24,000 nt of DNA from Promethearchaeota archaeon (GCA_029838195.1 JALGVJ010000003.1:65623-89622), one strand, 5' to 3'. Numbered from the stretch's first letter, positions 1-9,527 are shown. The notes: generated by a model not told the origin, from the sequence alone. Program-made: numbers and translations.

Positions 1-619
1 TAAACCAAGCATCTAAATAATAATGGTCAATTTTAATTGCTTTTTTTAGAGCCACTTTTGCTTGTTCATGATTGTTCATGCTCCGGTAAGCTAAACCAAG
101 ATTATACCACGCATCCACTGAGTTTTCATTGGTGCTCACGGCTTCTTTAAAAGCTTCAATTGCTTTAGAAAAATCTTCCATTTTTTGATAGGTCTGACCA
201 ATTTTAATCCAAATCCACGTGGAGGAAGGTTCTAATTCAAGGATTTTAAGATAAGTATCTAATGCGTCCTTGAAGCGAGATGTTTTTAAAAACGCATCTC
301 CCATCTTTTCTAAAGCTTCCATGGAATTGGGTTTTATTTTTAAAGCTTCCTTATAACTCTCAATTGCGTGTTCATAATCTTCTTTATTAAATAAATAATT
401 AGCTTTATCATAAATCAATTTGAAGCGGAGATAATTCGCCCGATTTCGGTATTCTTTCACTTTTTCTTTCGCTTTTTCAAGCAAAGAAGGATCTTGAGAA
501 TTATTAATCACTTTTAAAATTTTATCAACCGCACTCATGTATTTTGCAATAGCGAGTTTATATTCTCCCTTGGTATCATGGGAGAGGGCTTGTTTAGCCT
601 CTTCTAAAGCAATTTTCAT
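1..619 (-). CDS. MIT domain + TPR repeat protein, 3' end truncated by the window edge (not in ORF track)
   Basis: Hand translation of minus strand from ATG at 619: MKIALEEAKQALSHDTKGEYKLAIAKYMSAVDKILKVINNSQDPSLLEKAKEKVKEYRNRANYLRFKLIYDKANYLFNKEDYEHAIESYKEALKIKPNSMEALEKMGDAFLKTSRFKDALDTYLKILELEPSS... The first ~65 aa match the MIT three-helix pattern (compare Vps4 MIT in this window: EANAAVALDAKGQYREAMNKYFRAAEILIEF...RKRCEATIQEYLERAKQI). The rest is tandem TPR (A..Y..AL...P). Open to base 1. Confidence 0.8.
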   Translation of the reverse strand, partial: MKIALEEAKQALSHDTKGEYKLAIAKYMSAVDKILKVINNSQDPSLLEKAKEKVKEYRNRANYLRFKLIYDKANYLFNKEDYEHAIESYKEALKIKPNSMEALEKMGDAFLKTSRFKDALDTYLKILELEPSSTWIWIKIGQTYQKMEDFSKAIEAFKEAVSTNENSVDAWYNLGLAYRSMNNHEQAKVALKKAIKIDHYYLDAWF

Positions 620-874
620 GAGATTTAAGAGACCACTCGTGATATCTTCCCCTTTATGATTTTTAACTATTTTCTTTATACTCTATTAATTTACCCAAAA
701 CCAATTAAAGATATAAATGCATTTAATTCTTTCACGCTTTTATAAAAAACATGAAAAATGGTATTTAACTTTAAATTAGTCCAATTTTTTCAAAAATCGT
801 TATTTCTTGGCATTCTACTACAAGTTTTAAGATAAAAGAAAATAATAAAATACAAAAGTTTTGTAAATAAAACT

Positions 875-2209
875 TCATATTTTATATTGATCTTTAAGGA
901 AATTGAGAATGTATTTTTTTACTTTTTGTCGATTTGGCAAGCTGGCAATCATGCCATACATGGCAGCTTCACCTTTATCAACCTTCTCGGGATTCTCTTT
1001 CACCTCTCTGACAGCATCTTTTAAATCTTTCAGAAATTTGTCAGCAATTTTAGAATGATGCGGATTCACGATCATGTGAAGAGCTGGGGGATATTGCAAT
1101 CTATCGAGATGCCATCCTTTTGAATCCAAGAAATCGCCTAATTGAAAAATATTAAACTCATCAGAAGTAAACGAAAAAACGCTCATTACAGGTTCTCCTA
1201 AGATATAGAGAGAATCCATGGCATTAATCTCGTTGATTATTTTTTTTGATGTATTCATGACTTCCTCTGCTAATTTTAAATATTTCTCTTTTCCAAGAGC
1301 TTTAATGCCTGCCCAAGCAGCGGCAATGGGCCCTCCCGCTCTCGTCCCTCGCATGGTTGGAGCAATATACACGCCTCCAGACCAGTCTGCATACACGTAT
1401 AATTGGTGTTTCCAAATTTTTTCAGTGCGATAAATGATAGTAGAAGTCCCTTTCGGTCCATAACCATATTTATGAATATCAGCAGAAATGGACGTCACGC
1501 CTGGTACAGAAAAATCAAACTCGGGAACGGGATATCCTAATTCTTTAACAAAAGGAAGCATGAAGCCTCCAAGACAAGCATCAACGTGCATGCCAATTCC
1601 ACGCTCTTGTGCAAGAGCAGCTATTTCTGAAATGGGATCTACGACTCCTCGGGGATAATCGCACGCAGATGCTATCAAGAGAATCGTATTTTCTGAGATC
1701 GCTTTTTTCATGGCTTTTACATCAGCACGATGAGTTTTTTCGTCAACGGGAACTCTTATCGATTTGACTTTGAAATATTCTGCACTTTTTTCAAAAGCAG
1801 GATGAGCGGAGCTAGGCATTACCATTTCTGGATTCTTAATGTGAGGGAATTTCTTTTCCGCCCATTCACGATATGTTAAAACTGCCGTCATGATTGATTC
1901 AGTCCCGCCAGAAGTCATGCTTCCACAACATTTTTTATCGCCATTAAGAAGATCTGCAACCATGGAAACTACTTCCGTTTCGAATTTCCTTAAACTCGGA
2001 AATGCTAACGGACTAAGTGCATTCTTAGAGAAAAACTTATCATGAGCTTTTTTCAAAAATGTGGCATGCTCCTCCGTAGCGTGATATACCAAACTCCAGA
2101 GTTTGCCTTCTTCCCATTTTACATCTTCACTTGCGATGGAATCCATCTCTTCCAAGATTTTTTCATGAGGAAGCCCTTTTTCAGGCATTTGAATTGTGGG
2201 TCTTACCAT
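875..2209 (-). CDS. PLP-dependent group II decarboxylase-family enzyme, sphingosine-1-phosphate lyase-like
   Basis: 444 aa; PLP-Lys motif VTSISADIHKYGYGPKGTS and downstream DWSGGVYIAPTMRGTRAGGPIAAAWA closely resemble eukaryotic S1P lyase (VTSISADTHKYGYAPKGSS / DWQGGIYASPTIAGSRPGG). Confidence 0.88.
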   Translation of the reverse strand: MVRPTIQMPEKGLPHEKILEEMDSIASEDVKWEEGKLWSLVYHATEEHATFLKKAHDKFFSKNALSPLAFPSLRKFETEVVSMVADLLNGDKKCCGSMTSGGTESIMTAVLTYREWAEKKFPHIKNPEMVMPSSAHPAFEKSAEYFKVKSIRVPVDEKTHRADVKAMKKAISENTILLIASACDYPRGVVDPISEIAALAQERGIGMHVDACLGGFMLPFVKELGYPVPEFDFSVPGVTSISADIHKYGYGPKGTSTIIYRTEKIWKHQLYVYADWSGGVYIAPTMRGTRAGGPIAAAWAGIKALGKEKYLKLAEEVMNTSKKIINEINAMDSLYILGEPVMSVFSFTSDEFNIFQLGDFLDSKGWHLDRLQYPPALHMIVNPHHSKIADKFLKDLKDAVREVKENPEKVDKGEAAMYGMIASLPNRQKVKKYILNFLKDQYKI

Positions 2210-2593
2210 TTTTTTTCTATCCCCTTCTAAAAATATTTATCTCATGAACATTCATATTATTAAATGAATAAATGATCGAGCCCTAGTAATATTTATTGCA
2301 TGTCCCAGCAATTACTAAGCTTTTAAATCATGAAAATAAAAATTGGGAGAAAATACCCTTCATGTCAATTTGGTTTCGTTTTTCTTCTTTTCTCTTTTCG
2401 AGAATTACTTTATTGGGTTTTACAATTCAAAATATTAGCGTGATCTGACCCATTATAAGAATTAGTTTTTAGAAAAACTTTTTCTATTTAGATCAATGTC
2501 TATCTAAGTGCGCGCAGATAAGGTTATAAAAGATATTTCAGACTATCCCTATATTAATCTTTATTTCCATCGATTTAACAAGAAAAAAAAGCA

Positions 2594-2974
2594 TTAATTC
2601 TTTCTTTCTTCCTCCTCATCAAGATGAAGTTCCGGCTTGAGAAGCGTGATCTTATTTAACATGCCGTGGATATCCGATTTAGAAATATCAATTTCAGATA
2701 ACCGTTCTTCAAACATTTTATTTCGATATTGTGGTATCTTTATTAGTAAATTTGGGGTATTTAAAAGATCAAAAGGAAAAGGGTTTAGATTCTGAACACG
2801 TAATGAAATCCCGTTGTTAAACGAGTTTCTTTTTTTAGGGGTTCTTATAATGAGAGGAAGATTTAATTCTAAATCCTTATATAATCTTTCCTTCGCCTGT
2901 TTTGGAAAAGAATGGGTTAATATTCTGCACGTGGGGCAATCTTCCTCAAATCCATGAATGCACGGCATGAGCAT
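2594..2974 (-). CDS. small uncharacterized protein with N-terminal CxHGxEEDCPTC putative zinc-binding motif
   Basis: 126 aa ORF; MLMPCIHGFEEDCPTCRILTHSFPK; acidic C-terminal tail HLDEEEERKN. Confidence 0.6.
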   Translation of the reverse strand: MLMPCIHGFEEDCPTCRILTHSFPKQAKERLYKDLELNLPLIIRTPKKRNSFNNGISLRVQNLNPFPFDLLNTPNLLIKIPQYRNKMFEERLSEIDISKSDIHGMLNKITLLKPELHLDEEEERKN

Positions 2975-3077
2975 TAATAAATTTTGATATTTATTTGATT
3001 ATCTTGAATTAATGCTGTTATATATTCTTTTTTATTATCATTCATTAAAGATTCTTGAAAACACATGTCAAACGGCA

Positions 3078-3115
3078 TAGTAAAATGATCATTGAATGAG
3101 AATCATTTTTTACTA
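3078..3115. repeat. inverted repeat / possible operator or hairpin between divergent genes
   Basis: TAGTAAAATGAT (3078-3089) versus ATCATTTTTTACTA (3102-3115), complementary over 12 bp with a 2-nt bulge. Confidence 0.45.
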
Positions 3116-3263
3116 AACTATCATTTAATAAAAGTATTGTGAGGCTTCTCATTTTGCATCCAAGAGTTTCACGAAAAATCTTGATGAAATTTGATCTTTT
3201 TCTTCATTTATTCTTATTAAAACCAGCAATCATGAATTAAAAAATAAATTATACTCCGATAAA

Positions 3264-4406
3264 ATGACAAGAGCAATCATTCTCTCTGGAGGTTGGGGCA
3301 CGCGATTGCGGCCCTTAACGTGTACGATTCCCAAAACCATGATTCCCGTTGTAAATCGGCCCGTAATAGAACGACAAATGTTATTGTTAAAAAAAGCGGG
3401 AATTAAGGAGATCGTGCTAGCCGTCAGTGTAATGGCAGATGCCCTAAAACAATACTTTAAAGATGGAGCTTCCTTGGGATTAAACATTCTTTATACGGAA
3501 GAAACACGACCAATGGGCACGGCGGGCGCCATAAAATTAGCAGAAGAACTGTTAGAAGGAGAAAACTTTTTCATGCTTAATGGTGATGTCATTCTCAATT
3601 TTGATTTTAAAGAAATGCTAAAAAATCACGAAGATCATGGAGGAATCGGAACTATTGCCAGTAAATCAGTAGACGACCCCTCTAGATATGGAGTTTTAAT
3701 AATTAATGAACAAACAATGCAGATTGAGAAATTTCTTGAAAAAGATGAGTATTCACCTCCGGAAGGTGAACCTATCCCCATGCCCATTAACGCCGGCGTA
3801 TACGTGCTGGAACCAGAAGTATTCAAGTACATTCCGACAAAGAAAAAAGTTTCTATTGAACGAGAAGTATTTCCCATCTTAGCTGAGGAAAAACGCTTAT
3901 ATCATTATCCCATAACGGGTATCTGGAAAGATATAGGGAAACCTACGGAACTATTAGACGGAAATATCTTATTACTACATGATATATTAAAAAATCATGT
4001 TATTAAAAGAGATAATCTCATTGATAATAGTTTAAACGTGGAAGGAAAGGTCATTATTTATCCTCCGTGTGCCATTGGCGAAAATGTTATAATCCGTAAA
4101 AATTGCATTATTGGTCCTAATGTAATTATCGGCGATAATGTGTATATCGATTCAGGAACGGAAATTAAAGATACACTCATTTATAATGAAACATTTATCT
4201 CAAAAAACGTGAAAATTGAAAGATCCATCATCTCGAATGATTGTCATGTCAAAAATGGCGTCATTTTAAAAGGAAATAAAAAGGGCTTGGTAATCTTAGC
4301 ATCTAATGTTGAAATCAAGGAAAACCTTCGCCTTATCAATAAATCACGTGATGACATCACGGTTTGTCATCACGAAGTAATTAAAGAGAATATTGAATAT
4401 TATTAA
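3264..4406 (+). CDS. sugar-phosphate nucleotidyltransferase (glucose-1-phosphate/mannose-1-phosphate NTP transferase family) with C-terminal left-handed beta-helix
   Basis: N-terminal MTRAIILSGGWGTRLRPLTCTIPKTMIPVVNRPVIERQ signature and hexapeptide-like C-terminus (IGENVIIRKNCIIGPNVIIGDNVYI). Confidence 0.93.
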   Translation: MTRAIILSGGWGTRLRPLTCTIPKTMIPVVNRPVIERQMLLLKKAGIKEIVLAVSVMADALKQYFKDGASLGLNILYTEETRPMGTAGAIKLAEELLEGENFFMLNGDVILNFDFKEMLKNHEDHGGIGTIASKSVDDPSRYGVLIINEQTMQIEKFLEKDEYSPPEGEPIPMPINAGVYVLEPEVFKYIPTKKKVSIEREVFPILAEEKRLYHYPITGIWKDIGKPTELLDGNILLLHDILKNHVIKRDNLIDNSLNVEGKVIIYPPCAIGENVIIRKNCIIGPNVIIGDNVYIDSGTEIKDTLIYNETFISKNVKIERSIISNDCHVKNGVILKGNKKGLVILASNVEIKENLRLINKSRDDITVCHHEVIKENIEYY

Positions 4407-4407
4407 C

Positions 4408-4680
4408 TTAAGTTTTGTAAATTTATAATTTATCATTATTTCCACTTTTTTAGAATATTATCGATTAATGGGCTGTTTTGGACGCCATTTTGGCAAGTAC
4501 ACGCTTCTGAATACCAAGGGAAAAGAAGTGCGTGCGTACCAGCCTCTCCTGTTTGAACGCTTTACCATCTGGGTCTACGAGTAATGTTCAAGAGGGCGGG
4601 AAATTCAAGACCTCTCGTGGTAATTCTGTGTAAGAAATTCCTAAAATCATGAGCTCATTCCATTTACGTGTTAGGGCACG
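4408..4680. pseudogene. possible decayed coding/mobile remnant in a locally GC-richer intergenic segment
   Basis: Minus-strand reading frame next to the repeat continues as ...RALTRKWNELMILGISYTELPREVLNFPPS*TLLVDPDGKAFKQERLVRTHFFSLGIQKRVLAKMASKTAH*. A short plus ORF at 4468-4584 reads MGCFGRHFGKYTLLNTKGKEVRAYQPLLFERFTIWVYE. No family recognised. Confidence 0.3.
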
Positions 4681-4816
4681 CAATTATTGTTGATGTCCGA
4701 ATCCGCATGATGTTTAAGGCCCTCTTATTCATGAAATAGAGAAGCATTAAAAGGAGGAAATAGAAGATCCAACAAACAAGCAATAAAAAAATACAAGACT
4801 TAAGTTATTAAATTAA
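4681..4816 (+). repeat. direct repeat copy A (about 136 bp, paired with 9783-9918)
   Basis: caattattgttgatgtccgaatccgcatgatg...aagcattaaaaggaggaaatagaagatccaacaaacaagcaataaaaaaatacaagacttaagtt aligns without indels to 9783-9918, roughly 85% identical by eye. Confidence 0.88.
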
Positions 4817-4855
4817 TAGTTTGCTTATTTGAATTTGGTAAAATAAGAAATGATG

Positions 4856-6406
4856 TTAATTTTCAAGTAAAGTTGATTCATCCATGTGCTCCCTTGCAAA
4901 TCTCAATCTATCCTGAATTATTTCCTTTCTAGTGATAATATCATTACATTTCTGACGCCATTCCACTAAACGACGTTTTAAATCATTCAATATCATTTCA
5001 TAATGATTATTTCCAATAAGATTATTCATTTCAAAAGGATCTTCCTTTAAATCATATAACTCGTCCTTGTCCTTATCATTAAAAATGTATTTATATCGTT
5101 CTGTAACGAGCATCCTCCCAATATTAATCGTAAAATGTCCATTCGATTCACACATTAAATCTTCTCTCCAAGTATTCATATCATCAGTGAACATGGATAA
5201 TAGGCTCTGCCCATGAACATTATGTGGAAATGAAGAACCCGTTGCATCTAAAATAGTTAGAGGAATATCTAAGTTACTCACGAGAAGATCTGATTTTTTT
5301 CCTGCCGGAATGACGCCTGGAAACCGTAATCCCAGTGGAATGCGCACCATCTCCTCGGGCATGTAAGCATCCTTATCAAAATGACCTCCATGACATCCTA
5401 CTGCATCTCCATGATCTGCCGCTAAAATAATTAACGTGTTTTTTTCAAAACCCAGCTTATCCAAGGTATCTATTATTAATCCCGCTGCTTCATCTATCAA
5501 TGTTTGTTGGGCATAATTTAATGCTAAAATTTTTTGCCATTCTGACCAAGGTAAAGGATTTGGAAATATTATTTTACCATTCTTGTTCAATGGATAATTT
5601 CTCTCAAATTTATAAAGTCTAGGTTTATTTTTTAAGTCATCTCTAAAACTTGGATGCTCAGGTATTTTTTCTGGGGGATAAAGGTTTAAATATTCCTGGG
5701 TTGCATAATAAGGTTGGTGAGGTCCCCAAAAATCTACCCGCAAGTGAAAGGGTTCTTGGTTGCCTCGTTCTGCAATCTCTATCAATTTCTCACATGCTAA
5801 ATGTGCTAAAAAAAAGGCTTCATGCGTTTCTTTAGGACTTGTCATTATTCCGATTGTGTCTTCATTACTAGCAGCACGATTAAGGAAATGAGGCTCACCC
5901 TTTAATATTTTAGCTTGTAATTCTTTTCCTAATTTCGAGGAGGGCGGTACGAAACTTCTCTGAAGTTTCAATTGAAAATCGGGCAAATTGTTCTTTTTTA
6001 AATAGTCCTTATATTCGGGTTTCGTATATGGATTATTATAATCAGGATAACTAAAGCCTTCACAATGGTGATCGTGAGCCGTGCCATCGCCCGCATGCCA
6101 TTTACCATAATAATAATTATGATATCCTTCCTCTGCTAATATATCTAAATACGTCTTAAATTTAAAAGGAACAAAGGAAAAATTAGAAAGAACACCGTGC
6201 GTGTGAGGAAAAACTCCCGTCAACATGGAACGCCGAGCGGGAGCACATAGTGGGCAACAAGTATATGCTCGAAGAAATTCAACGCCTTGTGATACCAGTT
6301 TTTCGAACGTAGGTCTCTGAATTTTCGGACCACCCACGCTTTCTCCATGACCATAAAATGCTTGATGATCATTTAATAAAAACACGATATTAGGTTTTTC
6401 TGTCAT
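4856..6406 (-). CDS. sulfatase (arylsulfatase/alkaline phosphatase superfamily)
   Basis: 516 aa; formylglycine site CCPLCAPARRSMLTG (C-x-P-x-R), metal-binding motifs FLLNDHQ, YNYYYGKWHAGD, AADHGDAVGCHGGHFDK. Confidence 0.93.
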   Translation of the reverse strand: MTEKPNIVFLLNDHQAFYGHGESVGGPKIQRPTFEKLVSQGVEFLRAYTCCPLCAPARRSMLTGVFPHTHGVLSNFSFVPFKFKTYLDILAEEGYHNYYYGKWHAGDGTAHDHHCEGFSYPDYNNPYTKPEYKDYLKKNNLPDFQLKLQRSFVPPSSKLGKELQAKILKGEPHFLNRAASNEDTIGIMTSPKETHEAFFLAHLACEKLIEIAERGNQEPFHLRVDFWGPHQPYYATQEYLNLYPPEKIPEHPSFRDDLKNKPRLYKFERNYPLNKNGKIIFPNPLPWSEWQKILALNYAQQTLIDEAAGLIIDTLDKLGFEKNTLIILAADHGDAVGCHGGHFDKDAYMPEEMVRIPLGLRFPGVIPAGKKSDLLVSNLDIPLTILDATGSSFPHNVHGQSLLSMFTDDMNTWREDLMCESNGHFTINIGRMLVTERYKYIFNDKDKDELYDLKEDPFEMNNLIGNNHYEMILNDLKRRLVEWRQKCNDIITRKEIIQDRLRFAREHMDESTLLEN

Positions 6407-6570
6407 AATTTCTTAAACCCATTAAACATAAAATATCTTTTGAAACCGTTAAGGGAAATTAATTTATTTTTATAAGTAAGGTAAGGTAAAAAAAAAAGTA
6501 AAGTAAGAATAATTTAATAGTTTACTTTATTGTTCTCCAAGATTTTCTCTAAAGATAAACATTAACATTT

Positions 6571-7854
6571 CTACTTAGATTCAACGGTTTCCTTATACTT
6601 GAAATCTTTCGCTATTATAACGGGTATTAAAGCCAATAGAATAAAGATCGCCCCAACAAAATATATTAAGGGAGGTGGAACAGTTCCCTCTACTCCTTCT
6701 ATCACGATGGGCTTCCCATATTGCATGGAAATTATTCCTCCTATAAGAGGGCCAAAAATCATTCCAATTAGAACCTCAAAGATCAAACAATATCCGCTAA
6801 ATTGACCATACTTTTCGGGAGGATATAAATCCTTGATCCACGTTTGAACGGAAATGCGCCATGAAGTCATGAAAAGTACCCATAGAACGCCCGTAATTAT
6901 CAAGAAAATAAGATCCCTTGCTAAAGCATATAAACATAAGAATATGGCTTGGCAAATAAGAGAAAGAATGGCTATTTTTTTCCTTCCAAATTTATCGGTT
7001 AAGATGCCTATAGGAACACCCAAAATGATTGAAACCAATATGGCAATAGAAACCACTAATGCAGCTATTTCAAGAGGTAATCCCACGTGATGCTGGAGAT
7101 AAATCAACACGAAAGGAAAATATACGTTAAAACCCACTGCGAATACTCCCATTCCAATTAGAAGTATGAAATAATTCTTGTTATTTCTCAGCATCTCTTT
7201 ATTGAACGAGCTCTTAATATGTTGAAATACGCTAACTTGTAATGGTTTGAGATCTTCAGAATCTGTAGCTAAATAGACACCGGGCAGCCCCAACACTCCC
7301 GTGACAATTCCGGCGAGAATGAAAAAGAGGTAATATCCAACAGCTGACACGATAAATCCAGTAATAGCGTAAATAATCATAAAAGATATGAGAGTCGTGA
7401 CTTCCATAATACTTACGGCTTTTCCCCGATTTTCTAACGTGGTAACATCCGTGACGTAAGCAGTAAAGGCAGCATCATATGCAGTTGCCCCAAAATATGT
7501 CATGATACAATCAAAAATAATTGCCATGGCCACTGCAAGAATCACAGGTTTAAAAAAAGCAGCAAACGGAAATATGGCTGTGGTGAAGATCCAACCAATA
7601 TATCCAAATATCATGAAAGCTCTTCTCTTTCCTCGCACATCGGAGATCGCACCCATTACGATAGCAGTAATCGTGGACATTACGGCTGAAATAGAGACCA
7701 TTAGTGAAACATAAATGGGCACGGGAGCAATTTCATTATATAAAAAGACATTAAAAAATTGATTTTCTATGGCCCAAGCGATATTTCCTCCTAATGAAAT
7801 TAAAAGAATGATGATAGCAGTTCTCTTTTCTAATTTAATTTTATTAGTACTCAT
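6571..7854 (-). CDS. MFS transporter (12-TM type)
   Basis: 427 aa, multiple hydrophobic segments; MGAISDVRGKRRAFMIFGYIGW and GIPIGILTDKFGRKKIA are MFS loop 2-3/8-9 motifs. Confidence 0.85.
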   Translation of the reverse strand: MSTNKIKLEKRTAIIILLISLGGNIAWAIENQFFNVFLYNEIAPVPIYVSLMVSISAVMSTITAIVMGAISDVRGKRRAFMIFGYIGWIFTTAIFPFAAFFKPVILAVAMAIIFDCIMTYFGATAYDAAFTAYVTDVTTLENRGKAVSIMEVTTLISFMIIYAITGFIVSAVGYYLFFILAGIVTGVLGLPGVYLATDSEDLKPLQVSVFQHIKSSFNKEMLRNNKNYFILLIGMGVFAVGFNVYFPFVLIYLQHHVGLPLEIAALVVSIAILVSIILGVPIGILTDKFGRKKIAILSLICQAIFLCLYALARDLIFLIITGVLWVLFMTSWRISVQTWIKDLYPPEKYGQFSGYCLIFEVLIGMIFGPLIGGIISMQYGKPIVIEGVEGTVPPPLIYFVGAIFILLALIPVIIAKDFKYKETVESK

Positions 7855-8117
7855 GCTATATCCACCTTATTGTTAAAGTTAAATTTCTAAATCTTTAATT
7901 TAATTAATAGTTGCATTTTTAAATTATTAAAAAGACTTGAATCAAAGACTATTTGTTTATCTTTCCCATGAACATTTTTTTTAAAATGTTTAAAATATAT
8001 AATTAATTACACAATATACATTTTTTAATTGGAAGATTTTTCTCATGGCTCATTTTTGAATGGAATCAAGTAGAAATGAGTCAATATTTACAATTAACAT
8101 CATAAAGGGGAAAAAGA

Positions 8118-9527
8118 TTGGAAAATGATAACTTGAAAATTGATAATTTCGAGATTACTCATTCAAAATTACACATGGTATCATATGGATTTGGAGCTAC
8201 CATCAATCAATTTTTTCAAATGGCCTTCTCTGCTCTGGGATTTTATTTTTATGAAGTAGAAATAGGATTAAATGTTTGGCTTACCAGTTTGGGGTATATA
8301 ATCTTTGCAATATGGAATGCCATCAATGATCCTCTTAGTGGGTACCTAACAGACCGTCCATTTAAATTTACTCAAAAATGGGGTCGCAGATTTCCTTGGA
8401 TGCTCATCGGAGGCATTCCTTGGCTCTTTAGCTATATTTTAATTTTTTTCCCTCCTGATGTGGATCCTGATTCTGGAGCATTAATTCTTTTCATTTGGCT
8501 AGTTTTTACTACTTGCCTATTTGACACGTTCAATTCTTTATGGTGGGTAAATTTTTATTCATTATATCCCGACAAATTTCGCAGTGCGAGAGAAAGAAGA
8601 ATTGCTGCGGGTATCATCACTCCCGTTGGCATTTTAGGCGTCGCTTTAGGAGGCATTATCCCTCCCTTGCTGATATCATATGGTTCTAAGCAAACTTTTT
8701 TATATCAAGCGTTTGTTGTTGTAATGTTTAATGTAGTTTTTTTTTGTTTAGCCATTCCCGGCTGGAGAGATGATAAAGTAAATGTTGAGCGTTATTTAAA
8801 AAAATATAGAGAAAGTCAAAAAAATCAATCATTCGTGGAAGCCATAAAACTGTCCTTGAAACATAAAAACTTTAGAGTCTATATTATATTGAATATATTT
8901 TTTAGTGCCATGGGATTTTGTATACAAGCTTCAATTCCCTATGTCGTACGCTACGTGCTAGGCGCCAGTTCTAGTTCTCAAATAATTCTTCAAATAGCAT
9001 TTCTCACTGGTTCTTTGGTATCAACTCCCCTTTGGATAAAATTTGCGAATAAAGTGAATAATAATCGAAAGGTTTTGATTTTTTCGACTGTAATGATGAT
9101 TATTTTTACCTTTCCCCTTTCATTTTTTACTGGTTTAATTTCTCTTTTCATTACCTTATTTTTATGGGGGTTTGCCTATGGAGGGATGTGGAGTCTCATG
9201 CGCGCGTGCATTGCAGATGTTATTAATGAATCTATCGTGATTTCTGGAAAACGACAAGAAGGAGTCTATAATGGGATAATGCAATTTTTTAGTCGTTTTG
9301 CTTTAATTCTTCAAGCTCTTACTTTTGCGATTATACATGGTCTTACGAATTTTGATGAAGAGGCGCCTATTCAATCCTCTGAGGCAATATGGGGTATCCA
9401 GCTTCATTTTGGCATCATTCCCATGATTTACATGATTATTGGAATTGCAGTATTTTGGAAATGGTATACACTTACTCCTTCTAAATTAAATTATTGTGAA
9501 ATTAAAATAAGGGAAATGGGGCTCTAA
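8118..9527 (+). CDS. GPH-type (MelB-like) sugar/cation symporter of the MFS superfamily
   Basis: 469 aa; IWNAINDPLSGYLTDRPFKFTQKWGRRFPWMLIGGIPW matches the NDPxxGxxxDR...GRRRP(W) pattern of GPH symporters. Confidence 0.87.
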   Translation: MENDNLKIDNFEITHSKLHMVSYGFGATINQFFQMAFSALGFYFYEVEIGLNVWLTSLGYIIFAIWNAINDPLSGYLTDRPFKFTQKWGRRFPWMLIGGIPWLFSYILIFFPPDVDPDSGALILFIWLVFTTCLFDTFNSLWWVNFYSLYPDKFRSARERRIAAGIITPVGILGVALGGIIPPLLISYGSKQTFLYQAFVVVMFNVVFFCLAIPGWRDDKVNVERYLKKYRESQKNQSFVEAIKLSLKHKNFRVYIILNIFFSAMGFCIQASIPYVVRYVLGASSSSQIILQIAFLTGSLVSTPLWIKFANKVNNNRKVLIFSTVMMIIFTFPLSFFTGLISLFITLFLWGFAYGGMWSLMRACIADVINESIVISGKRQEGVYNGIMQFFSRFALILQALTFAIIHGLTNFDEEAPIQSSEAIWGIQLHFGIIPMIYMIIGIAVFWKWYTLTPSKLNYCEIKIREMGL

